DNA of 32,000 nucleotides from Candidatus Saccharimonadota bacterium (GTDB lineage Bacteria; Pseudomonadota; Gammaproteobacteria; Enterobacterales; Enterobacteriaceae): NCBI RefSeq assembly GCF_000090965.1, contig NC_008513.1, positions 384,381 to 416,380 of the forward strand, read 5' to 3'. Shown piece by piece: positions 28,048 to 32,000 of this stretch (position 1 is its first letter; each line of letters starts with the position of its first letter). The notes under the pieces were generated by a model. It saw only the letters and a program-made list of their open reading frames with translations, ran no database searches and was not told where the DNA came from. The position numbers and the translations under genes were made by a program.

Positions 28048-29547
28048 ATGAAAAAAAAAACAATAATTGGAATTGACTTCGGAACAACAAACAGTTTAGT
28101 TTCTACAATATTAGAAAAAAAAATAAAAATAATTAATAATTTTAATAAAAAAAAGTTTTTTCCTTCAATTATTCATATATCTAATAAAAAAATATCAATA
28201 GGATGGAAAGCATTAAAATATTTATCTTCAGATGCTCAAAATACAATTTCATCAATTAAAAGATTTATCGGTATTTCTTATAATTCAATAAAAAAAAACA
28301 TAAATATTCCTAATATAATTTCTGAAAATAATAAAAAAGAATTAGTTTTTCATACAAAAATAGGAAAAATGAATGTTTCTTGTATAATTGAAAAATTTTT
28401 TGAATATATTAAAAAAAAAACAGAAAAAAAATTTAAAAATTCTATTCACGGTGCTGTAATAACAATACCTGCATATTTCAATAATATACAAAAAAACATA
28501 GTAAGAAAAGCAGCAGAAACAGTTAATTTAAAAATATTACGTTTATTAAACGAACCTACAGCAGCAGCAATTGCTTATGGATTAGAAAAAAAGAAAAAAG
28601 GAATTATATGTGTTTATGATTTAGGTGGAGGTACTTTTGACGTATCAATATTAAAAATATCAAAAGGAATTTTTGAAGTATTATCAACTAATGGAAATTG
28701 TAAATTAGGTGGAGATGATTTTGATAAAAAATTAGTTTATCTATTAATTTCAAAAATAAAAAAAAAACCTCTTTTAAACAAAATATTATTTAAAAAATTA
28801 TTAATTATTGCTGAAAAAATAAAAATTCAATTAAGTAGAAAATCGTTAGTAAAAACAAAATTTTTAAATGAAAAAATTATATGTTCTAAAAAAGAATTTA
28901 ATCAATTAATTTATCCATTTATTAAAAAAACATTAAAAATATTAAAAATTGCTTTAAATGATGCAAATATATCTAAAAAAAAAATAAAAGATATTATTTT
29001 AGTTGGTGGTTTTACATATATACCACTAATTCATGAATGTATTTATTCTTTTTTCAAAATAAAACCATTAACCTCTATAAATCCAATGAAATTAGTGGCT
29101 AAAGGAGCTGGATTACATGCAAATTTTTTATATTTTAATAAAAAAAAAAACAGAAAAAAATCTATTTTATTACTTGATGTAATTCCATTGTCTATTGGAA
29201 TAGAATTAGTAGGTGGTTTAATGGAAAAAATGATAAAAAAAAATACAAAAATTCCTACTGAAGTCATTAAATATTTTACAACTTTTAAAGATAATCAAAC
29301 AGGATTTTGTATTAATATTTATCAAGGAGAAGATAAATATACAAAAAATTGTCAATTATTAACAAAATTTAAAATAAAAAATATTATACCTAAACCAGCT
29401 GGAAAAATAAAGATAAAAGTAATTTTCCAAATAGATACAGATGGATTACTTTCTATTATTATAGAAGAAAAAAAATCAGATATCATTCATAACATAAAAA
29501 TTGATACAACATATCAACAAAATAAATCAATTACTATAAATAAATAA
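28048..29547 (+). CDS. hscA: Fe-S cluster assembly chaperone HscA (Hsp70 family), C-terminally short form
   Basis: 499-aa ORF. 'IGIDFGTTNSLV', 'AVITIPAYFNN', 'LLNEPTAAAIAYG', 'DLGGGTFDVSIL' and the substrate-binding 'LLLDVIPLSIGIELVGGLMEKMIKKNTKIP...FQIDTDGLLSI' are colinear with E. coli HscA (616 aa). The ORF ends just after the beta-sandwich subdomain. Confidence 0.9.
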   Translation: MKKKTIIGIDFGTTNSLVSTILEKKIKIINNFNKKKFFPSIIHISNKKISIGWKALKYLSSDAQNTISSIKRFIGISYNSIKKNINIPNIISENNKKELVFHTKIGKMNVSCIIEKFFEYIKKKTEKKFKNSIHGAVITIPAYFNNIQKNIVRKAAETVNLKILRLLNEPTAAAIAYGLEKKKKGIICVYDLGGGTFDVSILKISKGIFEVLSTNGNCKLGGDDFDKKLVYLLISKIKKKPLLNKILFKKLLIIAEKIKIQLSRKSLVKTKFLNEKIICSKKEFNQLIYPFIKKTLKILKIALNDANISKKKIKDIILVGGFTYIPLIHECIYSFFKIKPLTSINPMKLVAKGAGLHANFLYFNKKKNRKKSILLLDVIPLSIGIELVGGLMEKMIKKNTKIPTEVIKYFTTFKDNQTGFCINIYQGEDKYTKNCQLLTKFKIKNIIPKPAGKIKIKVIFQIDTDGLLSIIIEEKKSDIIHNIKIDTTYQQNKSITINK

Positions 29548-29648
29548 TTTTTTAAAAATTAATTAATTAAAATATTTATATAATTAAAATTTCTACTTAT
29601 ATATTTAAAAATAAAATTTTTTCTTAATAAATAAAATAGGAATATGTC

Positions 29649-29987
29649 ATGCCGAATATATTTTTTTATCCACAAAAATTTATTTTACCTAAAGGATTAA
29701 AAGTAACTGGTAATACTGGAGACTCTATACTTGACGTAGCATTAAAAAACAATATTAAAATGGAACATGCTTGTGAAAAATCATGCGCATGTTGTACTTG
29801 TCATTGTATTATAAGAAAAGGTTTTTCTTCACTGTCTAAATGTTATGAAAAAGAAGAAGATTTATTAGATAAAGCTTGGGGACTTGAAAGAAATAGTCGA
29901 TTAGGATGTCAAGCACGACTGGGAACGAAAGATATCGAAGTTGAAATTCCATTATATCATGTTAATCGTAGTAGTGAAAAAAAATAA
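29649..29987 (+). CDS. fdx: [2Fe-2S] ferredoxin of the isc cluster
   Basis: 112-aa ORF. '[16 protein letters not shown]' and '[16 protein letters not shown]' match E. coli Fdx (111 aa), including the four cluster Cys residues. Confidence 0.92.
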   Translation: MPNIFFYPQKFILPKGLKVTGNTGDSILDVALKNNIKMEHACEKSCACCTCHCIIRKGFSSLSKCYEKEEDLLDKAWGLERNSRLGCQARLGTKDIEVEIPLYHVNRSSEKK

Positions 29988-29998
29988 ATATATAATAT

Positions 29999-31348
29999 TT
30001 ATGTATATGGATTTTTTTTATTTTTAAAAAATAATTTGATGGGTGTATTCGGGATTTTTAATTCTTTTTGTAAAAATCGTATTAAATATTTTTTATACGT
30101 CTGCGAAATATATTGCACTTGTGTTCCATGTATAATAATAAATATTGGATTTTTTCTTCCAAGATGAGCGTATTTTAATTTTATTATTTTTCCCGTTACA
30201 CCCATTGGTAATGAGTGTTTTTTAGTAGCTTTGTTAATTATCTTAATTAAAGATGAAGTACTAAATATTTTTTTTGATTCATTGTAAATAATTTTTATTT
30301 GAAGAAATATTTTTTTTAAATTTGTTTTTTTGATTGCAGATAAATATATTATTTTTATATTTCTAATAAATTTTAAACGATATTTATTTTCCTGCTTTAT
30401 TTTTTTTTTTCTTTCTTTAGAAATTAAATCCCATTTATTAAAAATAATAAAAAAAGCAACATTTTGATTAATCAAAAATGTAATAATAGATAAATCTTTT
30501 GAACTAATTCCAACATAAGAATCAATAACAATAATTGCTATTTGATTTTTTTTAACAACATCAAATGATTTTTTTTCAAAAATATAATTTAAAAAATCTT
30601 TTTTTTTTCTTTTTTTATTTATGCCAGCTGTATCAGTAAAAATATATTTTATCTTCTTATTAATTAATGATATTTCAATCATATCTCGAGTAGTATTTTT
30701 TGTAGAACTTGTTATTACTCTATTAGAATTTAATAAACTATTAATTAATGTTGATTTTCCAGCATTAGTTTTTCCTAAAAAACAAATTTTTATATTAATA
30801 TATTTGTTTATTTTATTATTTTCTAAAAATATTTTTTTCTCTCTTTTTTTAAGAAAATTATATATATTTTTTAAAAGATTTAAATATCCAATTTTATGGA
30901 TAACTGATATTTTAAAAATATTCTTTATTCCTAAATTATAAAAATCTATGAAAGAATTTTCTCTTTTCATTAAATCAATTTTATTAATTAATAAAAAAAT
31001 ATTCTTATTTTCTTTTCTAATCAATTTTAAAATAAAATAATCTACTATTGTTAGTTCATAACGGGCATCAACTAAAAAAAAAATTAAATGAAATTCCTGT
31101 ATAGCAAGAATAGTTTGTTTGTATGCTTGTTTTTCAATTAAATTAAAAAATTTTCTTTTTATATTATTAATACCAGCAGTATCAATAATATTAATTTTTT
31201 TTTCTTTAATCTTTAAAAAACCATATTGTCTATCACGAGTAGTGGATGGTAAGTCACTAGTTAATGCAGATTTAGAATTAGTTAATAAATTAAATAAACT
31301 AGATTTACCTACATTAGATTTACCAATCAAAGCAATATTTAAAATCAT
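29999..31348 (-). CDS. der: Ribosome-biogenesis GTPase Der (EngA), tandem GTPase domains
   Basis: 449-aa ORF with two G-domains. The first has 'GKSNVGKSSLFN...DTAG...NKID'. The second has 'GKTNAGKSTLIN...DTAG...NKWD'. The KH-like C-terminus 'IKLKYAHLGRKNPIFIIIHG' is present. It is shorter than E. coli Der (490 aa), lacking the acidic linker and basic tail. Confidence 0.9.
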   Translation of the reverse strand: MILNIALIGKSNVGKSSLFNLLTNSKSALTSDLPSTTRDRQYGFLKIKEKKINIIDTAGINNIKRKFFNLIEKQAYKQTILAIQEFHLIFFLVDARYELTIVDYFILKLIRKENKNIFLLINKIDLMKRENSFIDFYNLGIKNIFKISVIHKIGYLNLLKNIYNFLKKREKKIFLENNKINKYINIKICFLGKTNAGKSTLINSLLNSNRVITSSTKNTTRDMIEISLINKKIKYIFTDTAGINKKRKKKDFLNYIFEKKSFDVVKKNQIAIIVIDSYVGISSKDLSIITFLINQNVAFFIIFNKWDLISKERKKKIKQENKYRLKFIRNIKIIYLSAIKKTNLKKIFLQIKIIYNESKKIFSTSSLIKIINKATKKHSLPMGVTGKIIKLKYAHLGRKNPIFIIIHGTQVQYISQTYKKYLIRFLQKELKIPNTPIKLFFKNKKNPYT

Positions 31349-31353
31349 TAAAA

Positions 31354-31845
31354 TTATCTCATATGAGAAGTAATATACTTTTTATATTTATTAAATAAAG
31401 ATTTCCAAATATCATCATCTATATGATGAATTATTTTTAATGCTAAAGAAAATTTTTTTTTTTTAATATATATTTTTACTAAATTTAATTTAATAAAATT
31501 AATTAAATTTATATCTGAAGTAGAAACCAAAATTTCTTTTAAAATTTTTATGGATTCTTTATATTTTTTTTTAAAAAATAAATTTTTTGCTAAATTTAAT
31601 CCAATCAAATGACTATATATATTATTTTGTTTTTTGAAAAATAATTTTTCTTTTTTAATTAAATCATTTTTTTTTATTTTAAAATCATCTACTATTTTTT
31701 TAAATTCTTTTCTTGTTATTTCAATTTTTCTTTTATTTATATATCTTATTGTTAAAAATGTACAGGTTAATAACGAAAATAAGATAAAGAGAATTATGAA
31801 AATTTTTTTTTTTATATTAAATTTCTTTATTTTTATATCAAACAT
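31354..31845 (-). CDS. yfgM: YfgM-like membrane-anchored TPR-like protein
   Basis: 163-aa ORF with one N-terminal hydrophobic helix ('IFIILFILFSLLTCTFLTI'). 'YSHLIGLNLAKNLF...STSDINLINFIKLNLVKIYIKKKKFSLALKII' aligns with E. coli YfgM 'YGALASLELAQQFV...TSDENLKAVINLRLARVQVQLKQADAALKTL'. It lies upstream of der as in the E. coli yfgM-bamB-der cluster. Confidence 0.65.
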   Translation of the reverse strand: MFDIKIKKFNIKKKIFIILFILFSLLTCTFLTIRYINKRKIEITRKEFKKIVDDFKIKKNDLIKKEKLFFKKQNNIYSHLIGLNLAKNLFFKKKYKESIKILKEILVSTSDINLINFIKLNLVKIYIKKKKFSLALKIIHHIDDDIWKSLFNKYKKYITSHMR

Positions 31846-31935
31846 TTAAATTTCTTTTCAAGAATAGTCATATTTTTATTTACTAGCATAACATAAAATT
31901 TAATAAATTCAATTTTTATTTTTAATTTATTAATC

Positions 31936-31980
31936 TATATATAAATATATATATATAAATATATATATATAAATATAAAT
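31936..31980. repeat. TA-rich low-complexity tandem repeat (14-nt unit AAATATATATATAT x2 plus partial copies)
   Basis: By direct reading, 31943-31956 and 31957-31970 are identical 14-mers flanked by partial copies. The tract lies in non-coding sequence upstream of yfgM at the window edge. Confidence 0.6.
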
Positions 31981-32000
31981 AAAAAAAAGGAAAAAAAAAA

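Noticed and set aside
29043-29267. 74-aa minus-strand ORF inside hscA
   Set aside because: It is antisense to the conserved HscA substrate-binding region and is a shadow ORF.
30621-31849. Plus-strand ORFs 30621-30941, 31119-31373 and 31634-31849
   Set aside because: They are antisense to der and yfgM. Their Phe/Ile/Leu-rich translations are what the complement of Lys/Asn-rich genes produces.
31936-31980. TA-rich tandem repeats here and (TA)8 at 13061-13076, considered as CRISPR-like or minisatellite arrays
   Set aside because: There are only two full 14-nt units, no unique spacers and pure A/T composition. They are slippage-type low complexity, not an array.
1-32000. Possibility of a reassigned genetic code (UGA=Trp), as in some tiny symbiont genomes
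   Set aside because: The conserved Trp positions I checked are TGG (for example the thioredoxin WCGPC). tRNA-Trp has anticodon CCA rather than TCA. The conserved genes are uninterrupted ORFs in the supplied ORF track, and their lengths match E. coli under the standard code.

Overview
The window is extremely AT-rich and gene-dense, with no mobile elements, CRISPR arrays or rRNA. I can support 32 protein-coding genes and 7 tRNAs. Almost all are recognisable gamma-proteobacterial housekeeping genes arranged in short blocks that match E. coli operon order. The blocks are ruvX-hemW-mutY-yggX; rpsF-rpsR-rplI; hslVU-zapB-fpr; dapF/cyaY; argX-hisR-proM tRNAs; trxA-rho; rep; ilvC-ilvD; iscSU-hscBA-fdx; and yfgM-der. 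Retention of ilvCD, poly-lysine-rich eroded proteins, and clean deletion of priB, leuT, iscR, iscA and bamB are typical of an obligate insect nutritional endosymbiont. The gene order looks Buchnera aphidicola-like, but I cannot confirm this without a database search. The genetic code appears standard: Trp is TGG and tRNA-Trp carries anticodon CCA. The main oddity is a 303-aa orphan ORF (14563-15474, minus strand) that matches no family I recognise and lacks the poly-Lys tracts seen in most eroded genes here. Its G+C is well above the three flanking-gene lines I counted, and it has a Ser-rich, type-III-secretion-like N-terminus. It sits where two syntenic blocks join, between the second-strongest hairpin and the longest non-coding spacer in the window. 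Secondary oddities are an sbcB reading frame with an intact active site but no canonical start codon next to an 11-nt poly(A) tract. There is also an intact dut ORF with all five dUTPase motifs eroded or missing, and an HscA that lacks its helical lid. Many poly(A) tracts of 13-20 nt lie inside coding regions.
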